From Gammaproteobacteria bacterium (GTDB taxonomy: Bacteria > Pseudomonadota > Gammaproteobacteria > UBA5335 > SLRW01), in assembly GCA_035638775.1 (NCBI GenBank), contig DASQZJ010000023.1:10827-74826 (forward strand): a stretch of 64,000 nucleotides of DNA. Reading direction: 5' to 3'. Positions 36,495 through 45,189 of the stretch are shown piece by piece. Positions within the stretch are counted from its first letter, which is position 1; the number at the start of each line of letters is the position of its first letter. The notes under the pieces were generated by a model. That model was given only the letters and a program-made list of their open reading frames with translations, searched no databases and was not told the DNA's origin. Both the position numbers and the translations under genes were made by a program.

Positions 36495-37544
36495 ATGGCG
36501 GGGCATTTCGTGATCGACGGTGTGGTGCATCCCTACAACTTCAGCCGGGAGAACCTCCAGGGCCGGTTCGGCGAGTTGTTCAACGACACCATGTACAGCT
36601 ACTACCCGTACGTGAACCCGCCGGAGATCGCGTTCAGCCGCGAGCAGTGGGAGCGGGAGTGGCAGCCGGAGGAGTTCATCGAGACGATCCTGCTCGAGAG
36701 CCCCACCGACATGATCTGCGTCCATTCGCTGCCGATTTACGACGCCTACAGGGACGGCCTGGCGGCCGCCGACAAGTGCGCGCGGCTCAAGCGCGACTAT
36801 CCCGACCGCGTCCTGTGGTACGGCGGCGTCAATCTGTGCTGGCCGGAGCGGGCGCAGGAAGACCTGCAGCAGCAGATCGAGCAGGGCTGCGACGGCATCA
36901 AGCTGTACCCGGCCCGCTACGAGGAGGGGCGGACCCGGTTCTGGCGGCTCAATGACGAGGACCTCGCCTTCCCGCTGCTGGAAGAGGTGCGCCGGCACGG
37001 GATCCGGAACGTCGCGATCCACAAGGCGCTGCCGCTGGGGCCGGTGAGCACCGAGTCGATGCGCATCGACGACATCTCCGACGCGGCCAACGTGTTCCCG
37101 GAGATCAACTTCCAGATCGTCCACGCCGGCTTCATGTTCGTGGACGAGACCAAGTTCCTGATCGCCAACCATCCCAACGTGTACGCCACCATGGAGGCGT
37201 CGACCCTGTTCTGCATCATCAACCCGGCCGGGCTGCAGCAGATCCTGACCGAGTTCCTGCTCTACGGCGGGCCCGAGAAGATCATCTACTCCTCGGCGGC
37301 GGTCAACCCGCATCCGAGGATCGTCCTGGAGGCGTTCGAGAGCTTCCGGATGCCGCCGGATTCGCCGATCCAGCTGGACGAGGCGTTCCGCGAGGCATTT
37401 CTCGGCGGCAACCTGGCGCGGCTGCACGGCATCGACGTCGCCGAGCGCCGCAGGCGGCTGGCGGACGACCGCTTCGCCCGGCACGTCGCGGAGCACGGCT
37501 ACCGCCGTCCCTGGACCGCGGTGCACGGGGAGGCGGCGGCATGA
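36495..37544 (+). CDS. Amidohydrolase_2 (ACMSD/LigI/LigJ/LigW-type TIM-barrel) family protein, member A
   Basis: 349-aa ORF. N-terminal VIDGVVHPYNF takes the place of the usual ID-H-H motif. ..GIKLYP.. ..NVAIHKALP.. ..QIVHAGF.. ..YSSAAV.. follow the strand-end residues of the fold. Confidence 0.8.
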   Translation: MAGHFVIDGVVHPYNFSRENLQGRFGELFNDTMYSYYPYVNPPEIAFSREQWEREWQPEEFIETILLESPTDMICVHSLPIYDAYRDGLAAADKCARLKRDYPDRVLWYGGVNLCWPERAQEDLQQQIEQGCDGIKLYPARYEEGRTRFWRLNDEDLAFPLLEEVRRHGIRNVAIHKALPLGPVSTESMRIDDISDAANVFPEINFQIVHAGFMFVDETKFLIANHPNVYATMEASTLFCIINPAGLQQILTEFLLYGGPEKIIYSSAAVNPHPRIVLEAFESFRMPPDSPIQLDEAFREAFLGGNLARLHGIDVAERRRRLADDRFARHVAEHGYRRPWTAVHGEAAA

Positions 37545-37945
37545 GTACCGCGGACCGCGAGCTGGCGCAGGCGGTCCTGGAGGCTCTGGACGGGGTGCGG
37601 GACGCCTGCATGGTGGCCGCCGGACTGGATCTGAGCGTACGTGAGCTCGGGCTGGTGCGGGACGTCGAGTGCAGCGACGACGGCCAGGTTCGCATCCGCA
37701 TCACCTTCACCGAGCCGGGATGCCCGTTCACTCACCACATGCTCCACCACATCCACGAGGCGGTGGAGCGCGTTCCCGGCATCGCCGGCGTGCGGGTGCA
37801 GCCGGTGTGGGATCCGCCCTGGACCGAGGACTGGATGAGCGAGACGGCGCGCCGCCAGTTCCGGGCCGCGCGCCGGCGCATGGCCGGCGGCGCTACGCCA
37901 CTCCACCCGATGCGCCGCCGGCATTCCGCCGCCGGCAACGACTGA
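37541..37945 (+). CDS. DUF59 / MIP18-family (PaaD-like, Fe-S assembly-related) protein
   Basis: 134-aa ORF in ATGA overlap with the upstream gene. ..V.EALDGVRD....AGLDLSVRELGLVRDVE..DGQVRIRITFTEPGCP... is the classic DUF59 core. Confidence 0.75.
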   Translation: MSTADRELAQAVLEALDGVRDACMVAAGLDLSVRELGLVRDVECSDDGQVRIRITFTEPGCPFTHHMLHHIHEAVERVPGIAGVRVQPVWDPPWTEDWMSETARRQFRAARRRMAGGATPLHPMRRRHSAAGND

Positions 37946-37955
37946 GGAGGTGCCC

Positions 37956-38720
37956 ATGGCTGCCGCGAAAGGATCGGCGAAGCGTACGCGCGTCGAGGCG
38001 CGCAGCATGATGCCGTTGCACAGCCCCCCGTTCGGACCGCCGCCGTACCCGATGCTGGAGTGCCGGATGCTGATGGTGGAGCTGCGCGCGGACCCGGCCG
38101 AGATCCGGCGCATCACGCCGGAGCCGCTGGAGCCGGCGGACCGGGACCGGCTGTTTGCGTTCGTCGCGGACAACAGCCAGCTGTCCCACTCGCTGCGCTA
38201 CCACGAGGCCGCGATCCTGCAGCGCGTCCGTTACGGCGACCGGGAGGGCGTCACCACGCCCTACATCTGGACCTCGACCGACACGGCGATGCTGGCCGGG
38301 CGCGAGCTCTACGGCATGCCCAAGCTGATGTGCGACGACGGTGCCCTCGAGGTCGACGCCAACGAGGTGTACGGGCGCCTGGAAAAATACGGGCGGACCA
38401 TGATGGAGCTGTCCATCGTGATCGATCGCGCGGGCCGGATCGGCGATCTGCCGTTCGGCTCGGACTGGGTCTTCGTCCGTCACATCCCGACGCCCGATCC
38501 GCGCCGCCCGGCGCTGCGACAGCTGGTGTGGATCGGGCTCACGGACTTCGCGCTGCAGGAGTGCTGGCTCGGTCGCGGCTGGGCCGGGCTGGGTCATCCG
38601 GGCTCGTCGGGGCTGCACCGGCTGGGTGCCGCGGCGGCCGGCAGCGCCTGGTACGGACGCTTCTCCTGGATGCTCGGCGACGCCGAGATCCTGGAGGAGA
38701 CCGAGATCCCCGCGCGCTGA
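37956..38720 (+). CDS. Acetoacetate decarboxylase (ADC)-family protein
   Basis: ORF 37950..38720 (GTG). I prefer ATG 37956, 5 nt after GAGGAGG. ..MPLHSPPFGPPPYPM..C.ML.VELRADPAEIRRITPEPLEP.. ..YHEAAILQRVRY.. ..GRELYGMPK is the ADC-like beta-cone family pattern. Confidence 0.75.
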   Translation: MAAAKGSAKRTRVEARSMMPLHSPPFGPPPYPMLECRMLMVELRADPAEIRRITPEPLEPADRDRLFAFVADNSQLSHSLRYHEAAILQRVRYGDREGVTTPYIWTSTDTAMLAGRELYGMPKLMCDDGALEVDANEVYGRLEKYGRTMMELSIVIDRAGRIGDLPFGSDWVFVRHIPTPDPRRPALRQLVWIGLTDFALQECWLGRGWAGLGHPGSSGLHRLGAAAAGSAWYGRFSWMLGDAEILEETEIPAR

Positions 38721-38748
38721 ACGCGGCGGGCCGATACGGGAGGGAGAG

Positions 38749-39630
38749 GTGGCTTCATCACGGCGCGGCGAAGAGCGGCCCTGGAAGATCGACATCGTCT
38801 GCAACCCGTTCACGGAGCAGGAGATCCGTCTCGGTCAGACGGGGTTCGACCGGGACTTCATGGAGCAGGTCCGGATGCCGGAGGACATGCGAGCCGGCGT
38901 GTCGCTGGAGCGCTACATCGCGAAGATGGATCGCGCCGGCATCGAGCGTTCCCTGCTCATCGCCGTGCGGGCGGGCGACATCCGCATGCAGGGCTCGGCG
39001 GAGATTCCCTATGCCCAGGTGGCGCAATATTGCCGCGCGTTCCCCGACCGCTTCTCCGGCCTGGCCGGGGTGGACCCGTTCCGCGGAATGCGGGGCGTGG
39101 CGGAGCTGGAGGAGGCGGTGCGCGGGCACGGCTTCGTCGGCGCGCACCTGTACCCCCACTGGTTCGAGCTGCCCCCGGACCACGCCAAGTACTACCCGTA
39201 CTACGCCAAGTGCTGCGAGCTGGGCATCCCGATCATGATGCAGGTCGGGCAGAACCTGGTCTACAACCGCGCCCGGGCGCTGCCCAGCGTGGGCCGTCCG
39301 ATCTGCCTCGACCGGGTGGCGATCGATTTCCCGGAGCTGCGCCTGATCGGCATCCACATCGGCGTGCCCTGGACGGACGAGATGATCGCCATGGCCTGGA
39401 AGCACGAGAACGTCTTCATCGGGGCCGACGCCTACGCGCCCCGGTATTGGCCGCCGCAGCTCGTGCACTACCTCGACAGCTACGGCCGCGACAAGGTGAT
39501 GTTCGGCACCGACTGGCCCGTGATCGATCCCGAGCGGGCCATGCGCGAGATCGATGAGCTGGGGCTGCGCCCCGAGAGCCGGCGCAGCTTCATGCGGGAC
39601 AACGCCGTCCGGGTCTTCGGGCTGGCGTAG
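38749..39630 (+). CDS. Amidohydrolase_2 family protein, member B
   Basis: ORF 38626..39630 trimmed to an in-frame GTG at 38749 after GGGAGGGA. ..KIDIVCNPF.. replaces the ID-H-H motif. ..GAHLYPHW.. ..IMMQVG.. ..IGIHIGVPW.. ..VMFGTDWP.. are typical of the fold. Confidence 0.8.
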   Translation: MASSRRGEERPWKIDIVCNPFTEQEIRLGQTGFDRDFMEQVRMPEDMRAGVSLERYIAKMDRAGIERSLLIAVRAGDIRMQGSAEIPYAQVAQYCRAFPDRFSGLAGVDPFRGMRGVAELEEAVRGHGFVGAHLYPHWFELPPDHAKYYPYYAKCCELGIPIMMQVGQNLVYNRARALPSVGRPICLDRVAIDFPELRLIGIHIGVPWTDEMIAMAWKHENVFIGADAYAPRYWPPQLVHYLDSYGRDKVMFGTDWPVIDPERAMREIDELGLRPESRRSFMRDNAVRVFGLA

Positions 39631-39776
39631 TCCCCGGTTTCACCCGCCGGCAGGAGCCGACCGGATATGTCGATGTATACGTCAACTGCCTCTGGCGAAC
39701 GTGTCCCGTCCTCTCCCGGGACCGGGCGGCGCCTGCCGCCCACCGCTTCTGACGTATCCGGTATCCCGGGAACCCG

Positions 39777-39792
39777 GGGTGCGGGTCTTGTA
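39777..39792 (+). promoter_or_regulatory. Weak sigma-54-like element sharing the CTTGTAA -12 variant
   Basis: GGGTGCGGGTCTTGTAA. The GG and spacing are conserved, the -24 is degenerate, and the -12 is TTGT. It lies only about 25 nt before ATG 39816. Speculative. Confidence 0.25.
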
Positions 39793-39815
39793 ATCGAAGC
39801 CGGCGGAGCGCACCG

Positions 39816-41384
39816 ATGACCCGCCGGCGCGAATCCGGCCCCGCCCCGTCGCGGCCGCCCACCTACCGCCCCCTCACCATCTCCGGGGGCATCCGCGCCG
39901 CGGCCGGGCGTACGCCGGACAAGCCGGCACTCGGCATGGACGGCCGCTCGCTGTGCTACCGCGACCTGGTCGAACGTATCGACCGCGTGTCCAATGCGGC
40001 GCGGGCCGGGCTGGGCCTGGCCCGCGGGGAACGCGTGGCGCTGCTGGCGCCCAACTGCCCCGAGCTGGTGGAGCTGGTGTGCGGACTGTCCGCGGTCGGG
40101 ATCGCGGCGGTGATGGTCAATCCGCGGCTCACCGCGGCCGAGATCGCCTACATCTGCGCCGACTCGGGCGCACGCGCGATGCTGGTGCATCCCGAGCTCG
40201 AGGACCTGGCCCGGTCGGCCGACCTGCCCGGGATCGAGCAGATCATCGTGCTCGGGCCCGGCTACGAGGACTGGCTCGGCAGGGCCGCCGCCACCCCGCC
40301 CGGGGCCGCCGTGGAGGAGTGGGACGTGTTCGCCATGCACTACACGGCGGGCACCACGGGGGAGCCCAAGGGCGTGCTGCTGCCCCACCGCTCGCGCGCC
40401 CTCACCTTCTTCGGCATGGCCGCGGAGTACGGCTGCTACGGTCCCGCCGACCGCGCGCTGGCGATCGCGCCGATGTTCCACGGCGCGGGCTTCGCCTTCG
40501 CCGTGGCCCCCGTGTTCTTCGGCGGCTACTGCGAGATCCTCCCGCGCTTCGACCCGGAGCGCGCCCTGGGATTGATGGCCGACTGCGCCGTCACCAACAC
40601 CTTCATGGTGCCGACCCATTTCCAGGCACTGTTCGCGCTGGGCGCACAGGTGCTGCAGCGCCAGCGCACGCCGGCCCTGCGGACCATCGTCTCGAACGCG
40701 GCACCGCTGGCCCAGGCGATGAAGGAGCGCATCGTGGCGTACTTCGGCGAGGGGATCCTGCACGAGACCTACGGCTCCACCGAGGCCGGCATCGTGTGCA
40801 ACCTGCGACCGGAGGACCAGCTGCGCAAGCAGCAGTGCGTGGGCCTGCCGTTCCCCTGCACCGAGGTGCGCCTGCTGGGCGACGACGGCCGGGAGGTGGC
40901 GCCGGGCGAGGTGGGCGAGCTGCACAGCCTCTCGCCGTACCTGTTCAACGGCTACTGGGGCCGGCCGGAGGCGACCGCGCAAGCGCTGCGCGAGGGCTGG
41001 CTGACGGTCGGAGACCTGGCCCGGCGGGACGAGGAAGGCTACCTGTACATCGTCGACCGCAAGAAGGACATGATCATCTCCGGCGGGGTGAACGTCTACC
41101 CGCGGGAGATCGAGGAGCACCTGCTGCGCCATCCGGGGGTCGCGGAAGCGGCGGTCATCGGCGTACCCGACGAGTACTGGGGCGAGGCGGTGCGGGCCTG
41201 CGTGGTGCGCCGGCCCGGTGCGGACGTGACCGCCGGGCAGCTCATGGCGCACTGCGAGGGGCACCTCGCACGCTACAAGCTGCCGCGGGTGATCGCGTTC
41301 GTGGACGAACTGCCCCGCAACGCCGCCGGAAAGGTGCTCAAGCGGCAGCTGCGGGACACCTTCGAAAGGGGCACGGGAGCATGA
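39816..41384 (+). CDS. AMP-dependent acyl-CoA synthetase/ligase
   Basis: 522-aa ORF. AMP-binding motifs YTAGTTGEPKGV, ..ETYGSTE.., ..GDLARRDEEGYLYIVDRKKDMIISGGVNVYPREIE.., ..GK..K. Confidence 0.9.
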   Translation: MTRRRESGPAPSRPPTYRPLTISGGIRAAAGRTPDKPALGMDGRSLCYRDLVERIDRVSNAARAGLGLARGERVALLAPNCPELVELVCGLSAVGIAAVMVNPRLTAAEIAYICADSGARAMLVHPELEDLARSADLPGIEQIIVLGPGYEDWLGRAAATPPGAAVEEWDVFAMHYTAGTTGEPKGVLLPHRSRALTFFGMAAEYGCYGPADRALAIAPMFHGAGFAFAVAPVFFGGYCEILPRFDPERALGLMADCAVTNTFMVPTHFQALFALGAQVLQRQRTPALRTIVSNAAPLAQAMKERIVAYFGEGILHETYGSTEAGIVCNLRPEDQLRKQQCVGLPFPCTEVRLLGDDGREVAPGEVGELHSLSPYLFNGYWGRPEATAQALREGWLTVGDLARRDEEGYLYIVDRKKDMIISGGVNVYPREIEEHLLRHPGVAEAAVIGVPDEYWGEAVRACVVRRPGADVTAGQLMAHCEGHLARYKLPRVIAFVDELPRNAAGKVLKRQLRDTFERGTGA

Positions 41385-42328
41385 CCATGCGCATTGCCGC
41401 GGCACACGTGGCGCCGGTGCTGCTGGACCGGCAGGCCTGCATCGGCAAGGCCTGTGACTGGATCGAGCGCGCGGGCCGGGAGGGCGTCGGTCTGCTGGTT
41501 TTTCCGGAGGTGTTCGTGCCCGGCTTCCCGTACTGGATCAACTGTTACCCGCCGCTGGCACAGGGGGAGCTGAACCTGCGCTACATGCGCGCATCGGTGG
41601 CGGTTCCGGGACCGGAGATCGATGCCGTCCGCGACGCCGCGCGCGCCGCCGGCGTGACCGTGGTGCTGGGCGTGAGCGAGCGCGACGGCGGCACCTGCTA
41701 CAACACCCAGGTGTTCGTCGCCGCCGACGGCACCCTGCTGGGCAAGCATCGCAAGCTGCAGCCGACCTACGCCGAGCGCTACATCTGGGGCCAGGGAGAC
41801 GGCTCCACGCTGCGCGTGTGGGACACGCCCGCCGGGCGCGTCGGCGGGCTGGCCTGCTGGGAGCACACCATGAACCTGGCGCGGCAGGCGCTGATCGACC
41901 AGGGGCTGCAGATCCATGCCGGCTCCTGGCCGGCGCTCGGCACCCTGGCCGGCTTCGACGCCATGTTCGACGACCAGGTCGAGGCCATGAGCCGCGCCCA
42001 TGCGATCACGGGCCAGTGTTTCGTGGTGGTGGCCCAGGATACCGTTACCCGGCAGATGCTGGACGTCATGAGCGACGCCCTGGGGCCGCAGGAATTGCTG
42101 GCCCCCGGGGGCGGCTGGTCGGCGGTGATCCATCCCTGGGGTACGTACCTCGCCGGTCCTCATCGCGGCGGCGACGAAGCGCTGGTCCTGGCGGACGTCG
42201 ATCCGGGCGACATCGACGTGGTCAAGGGCTTCGTCGACACCGCCGGTCACTATGCGCGGCCGGAGGTGCTGCGCCTGGTGCTCGACGACCGTGCCCGCAC
42301 CCCGCTGCAACGGTGCGGGCGCGACTGA
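41381..42328 (+). CDS. Nitrilase-superfamily C-N hydrolase (branch-1 nitrilase-like)
   Basis: ORF 39953..42328 trimmed to ATG 41381, in ATGA overlap with the ligase stop. Glu-Lys-Cys triad contexts LLVFPEVFVPGFPYW, GKHRKLQPT, GGLACWEH. Confidence 0.85.
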   Translation: MTMRIAAAHVAPVLLDRQACIGKACDWIERAGREGVGLLVFPEVFVPGFPYWINCYPPLAQGELNLRYMRASVAVPGPEIDAVRDAARAAGVTVVLGVSERDGGTCYNTQVFVAADGTLLGKHRKLQPTYAERYIWGQGDGSTLRVWDTPAGRVGGLACWEHTMNLARQALIDQGLQIHAGSWPALGTLAGFDAMFDDQVEAMSRAHAITGQCFVVVAQDTVTRQMLDVMSDALGPQELLAPGGGWSAVIHPWGTYLAGPHRGGDEALVLADVDPGDIDVVKGFVDTAGHYARPEVLRLVLDDRARTPLQRCGRD

Positions 42329-42441
42329 CGTCGCGCCGATGCATCGCCGCGTTCCGCGGCTGGAACGCCGCGAGCGAGGTCGCCTCGCCGACTCCCCGCC
42401 GAGAGCCGCCGGCTCCGGGTTCCCGCGGCCCCGCGTGCGCG

Positions 42442-42457
42442 TGGCACGGTTCTTGTA
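42442..42457 (+). promoter_or_regulatory. Sigma-54-type promoter with a variant -12 (TTGT)
   Basis: CGTGGCACGGTTCTTGTAAC has a perfect -24 TGGCACG with correct spacing to TTGT. It is nearly identical to the element at 45130 and lies about 170 nt upstream of ATG 42627. Confidence 0.45.
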
Positions 42458-42626
42458 ACGGGATCCGCACGGGCAGGGTGCCCGGCCGACCGGCGAGTCG
42501 TCCGTGGGACCCCGGTGGAACGCGCCGGTTCGGACTCCGCGGCACCCCGCCCTCCATGGTTCTGCCGGGCGCCGGGACGGGCGGGGATCCCGCCGCCCGG
42601 GGACGGCCGGAAGCGAGGGAGAAACG

Positions 42627-44234
42627 ATGTCCGCGACGACGCAAACGGCGGGTTCGGAACTGCAGGCCAGGCTCGCCGCCGTGCTCGGCAGGGAGCAGGT
42701 GCTGACCGACCCGGCTTCCCGGGATTACTTCTCCCGGGACCTGAGCTACCTGCCGTGGGAGCGCGCGGCGCTGGTGGTGAGTCCGGCGACCACGGAAGAG
42801 CTGGCCGAGGCAGTGCGCCTGGCCACCGCGGCCGGCCACGCGGTGATTCCCCGGGGCGGCGGGATGTCGTATACGCGCGGCTACACGCCGGACAGCAGCC
42901 GCTCGGTGATCGTGGACATGCGCCGCATGGACCGCGTGGTCGAGATCAATACCGAGGACATGTACGTCACGGTCGAGTGCGGCTGCACCTGGAAGAAGCT
43001 GTACGAGGCGCTGCGCGAGAAGGACGTGCGTACGCCGTACTACGGGCCGCTGTCGGGGATGTTCGCGACCGTGGGCGGGGCGCTGTCCCAGAACAGCCTG
43101 TTCCTGGGCTCGGGCGACAACAACACCGCCGCCGAGAGCCTGCTCGGGCTGGAAGTGATCCTCGGTGACGGCACGCTGCTCCGGACCGGTTCCTGGGCGC
43201 ACCGTCACAGCAACCCCTTCTACCGGCACTTCGGGCCGGACGTCAGCGGCATCTTCACCGCCGATACGGGCGCGTTCGGCTTCAAGGCGCGCGCGACGCT
43301 GCGCCTGATCCGCCGGCCGGCCGCGACCTTCACCATGTCGTTCGCGTTCCGGACGCTGCGCGACCTCCTGGGGACACAGACCGAGATGGCGCGCCTGCGC
43401 ATCGCGGCCGAGTGCTACGGCTTCGATCCGTACTACAACGCCGCGTTCGAGAAGAGCGGCTTCAGCTTCAAACAGGGGGTGGCGACGCTGCGCGGCGTGG
43501 CCCGCTCGGGCCGGACGCTGGCGGCAGGTCTCGGGAATGCCCTGCGCGTCGCGCGCGCCGGCCGTACGGTCCTGCGGGGCGTGCCGTACTCCCTGCACAT
43601 GACCTTCGAGGGCCACACGCCGACGATCGCCGCGGAGAAGCTGCTGATGGCGCGCGAGATCTGCCGGCACCACCACGGCACCGAGATCGACAACAGTCTG
43701 CCCACGGTGTTCAACGCGACACCGTTCGACGGCGTCGGCTCGGTGATCCTGGGCGCGGACGGCGAGATCTGGCTTCCGGTGCACGGATTCATGCCTTTGT
43801 CGCGGGTGCAGGCCGTGGGTGCGGCCATCGAGCAGTTCTTCGCCGACAACCGGGAGCTGATGGAAAGCCACCGCATCCGCACCTCGTACCTGACCTGCTT
43901 CGCCGGCACCGAGTTCGTCATCGAGCCGAGCTTCTACTGGTACGACGAGGTGCAGCAGTTCCGGCTGGACAAGCTGGAGCCGGACAAGCGGCGGCAGTGG
44001 CAGGGCCGTTCGCCGGAGCCCGAGGCCCGGGCCGTCGCCCTGGACCTGCGCGACCGGTTGCGCCAGCTGATGGACGAGCACGGCTGCTGCCACCTCCAGA
44101 TCGGACGCTACTACCCCTATCGCGAGATGATGAACAACGAGGCCCTGTGGTCCCTGCTCGGCATGCTGAAGGAGGACCTGGACCCGAGGGGACTGGTCAA
44201 CCCCGGGTCGCTGGGGCTGGAGGAGGACGCATGA
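42627..44234 (+). CDS. FAD-binding (FAD_binding_4 / GlcD-like, vanillyl-alcohol-oxidase fold) oxidoreductase
   Basis: ORF 42504..44234 trimmed to ATG 42627 (GAGGGAGAAACG-ATG). ..VVSPATTEELAEAVRLA..AGHAVIPRGGGMSY.. is the PCMH-type FAD-binding pattern. C-terminal ..DP.GLVNPG. Confidence 0.8.
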   Translation: MSATTQTAGSELQARLAAVLGREQVLTDPASRDYFSRDLSYLPWERAALVVSPATTEELAEAVRLATAAGHAVIPRGGGMSYTRGYTPDSSRSVIVDMRRMDRVVEINTEDMYVTVECGCTWKKLYEALREKDVRTPYYGPLSGMFATVGGALSQNSLFLGSGDNNTAAESLLGLEVILGDGTLLRTGSWAHRHSNPFYRHFGPDVSGIFTADTGAFGFKARATLRLIRRPAATFTMSFAFRTLRDLLGTQTEMARLRIAAECYGFDPYYNAAFEKSGFSFKQGVATLRGVARSGRTLAAGLGNALRVARAGRTVLRGVPYSLHMTFEGHTPTIAAEKLLMAREICRHHHGTEIDNSLPTVFNATPFDGVGSVILGADGEIWLPVHGFMPLSRVQAVGAAIEQFFADNRELMESHRIRTSYLTCFAGTEFVIEPSFYWYDEVQQFRLDKLEPDKRRQWQGRSPEPEARAVALDLRDRLRQLMDEHGCCHLQIGRYYPYREMMNNEALWSLLGMLKEDLDPRGLVNPGSLGLEEDA

Positions 44235-45028
44235 GCATCCGGAAGGGATATGTCGACACCCGGGACGGGCAGATCCACTATCGCGTCAGCGCCGCGGCCG
44301 GGCCGGCGCTCGTGTTCCTGCACCAGACCGCCAGCTCGTCCGCGATGTGGGAGCAGATCATGCAGCGCCTGGAAGGACGCTGCCACATGGTCGCCCTCGA
44401 CACGCCGGGCTTCGGCGGGTCTTACGACCCCGGCGTGGTGGCCCCGGACATCGGCTACTACCGCGATGCGTTCCTGGAGGCCCTGGCGGGGCTGGGGCTG
44501 GAGGAGTTCCACCTGTGCGGTCATCACACCGGTGCCTGCGTGGCCGTGGACATCGCGGCCCGCCATCCCCGCCGGGTGCTGAGCCTGGCGATCTTCGGCC
44601 CGGTCCAGCTCACCGCCGCGGAGCGGGAGGAGTTCCGCAAGCACTTCTCGGAGCCGATCGCGCCGCGCGCCGACGGCGGACACCTGCAGCAAACCTGGGA
44701 CTACCTCGCCGGGCTGGGCGCCGACCGCTCCCTCGATCTGCACCACCGCGAGCTGCTCGACACGGTGCGCGCCTGGCGCGGACGGGCGGCGGCCTACGCG
44801 GCGGTGTGGGACCAGGACTTCCCGTCGCTGTACGCCCGGGTGCAGTGCCCGACCCTGATCATGGCGGCCCGCGACGACGTGCTGTGGCCCTACTTCGAGC
44901 GGGCCCGGCGGGACCGGCCCGAGGTGCGGTCCGTGGTCCTGGAGGGCGCGAACTTCGAACCGGATCTCGACCCGGATGCCTCGAGCGCCGCGTTGAACGA
45001 GCTGGTCGTCTCCGCGGGCCCGCACTGA
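44231..45028 (+). CDS. Alpha/beta-fold protein with an atypical nucleophile elbow (G-H-H-T-G)
   Basis: ORF 43412..45028 trimmed to ATG 44231, in ATGA overlap with the upstream stop. ..PALVFLHQT.. ..FHLCGHHTGACVAVDIAARHP.. The fold pattern is intact, but the Ser/Asp nucleophile position is His. Confidence 0.8.
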   Translation: MSIRKGYVDTRDGQIHYRVSAAAGPALVFLHQTASSSAMWEQIMQRLEGRCHMVALDTPGFGGSYDPGVVAPDIGYYRDAFLEALAGLGLEEFHLCGHHTGACVAVDIAARHPRRVLSLAIFGPVQLTAAEREEFRKHFSEPIAPRADGGHLQQTWDYLAGLGADRSLDLHHRELLDTVRAWRGRAAAYAAVWDQDFPSLYARVQCPTLIMAARDDVLWPYFERARRDRPEVRSVVLEGANFEPDLDPDASSAALNELVVSAGPH

Positions 45029-45129
45029 CTTCGCGGAATGTTGCACCGCTGCAACGCACTGGTCGCAGGTGCGCGTCGCTCCGGCGGCCGGCCGCCTGCC
45101 CGGGCCGCGTCCGGCGGGGGCGCCGCTCG

Positions 45130-45145
45130 TGGCACGGAACTTGTA
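45130..45145 (+). promoter_or_regulatory. Sigma-54-type promoter with a variant -12 (TTGT)
   Basis: CGTGGCACGGAACTTGTAAG has a perfect -24 and correct spacing. It lies 45 nt upstream of ATG 45190. A palindrome GTTGCA-ccgc-TGCAAC (45040-45055) sits 75-90 bp upstream, a typical enhancer distance. Confidence 0.5.
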
Positions 45146-45189
45146 AGACGACGGGGGCCGGCCGGGCGAGAAGGGGAGGAGGTACGGCG

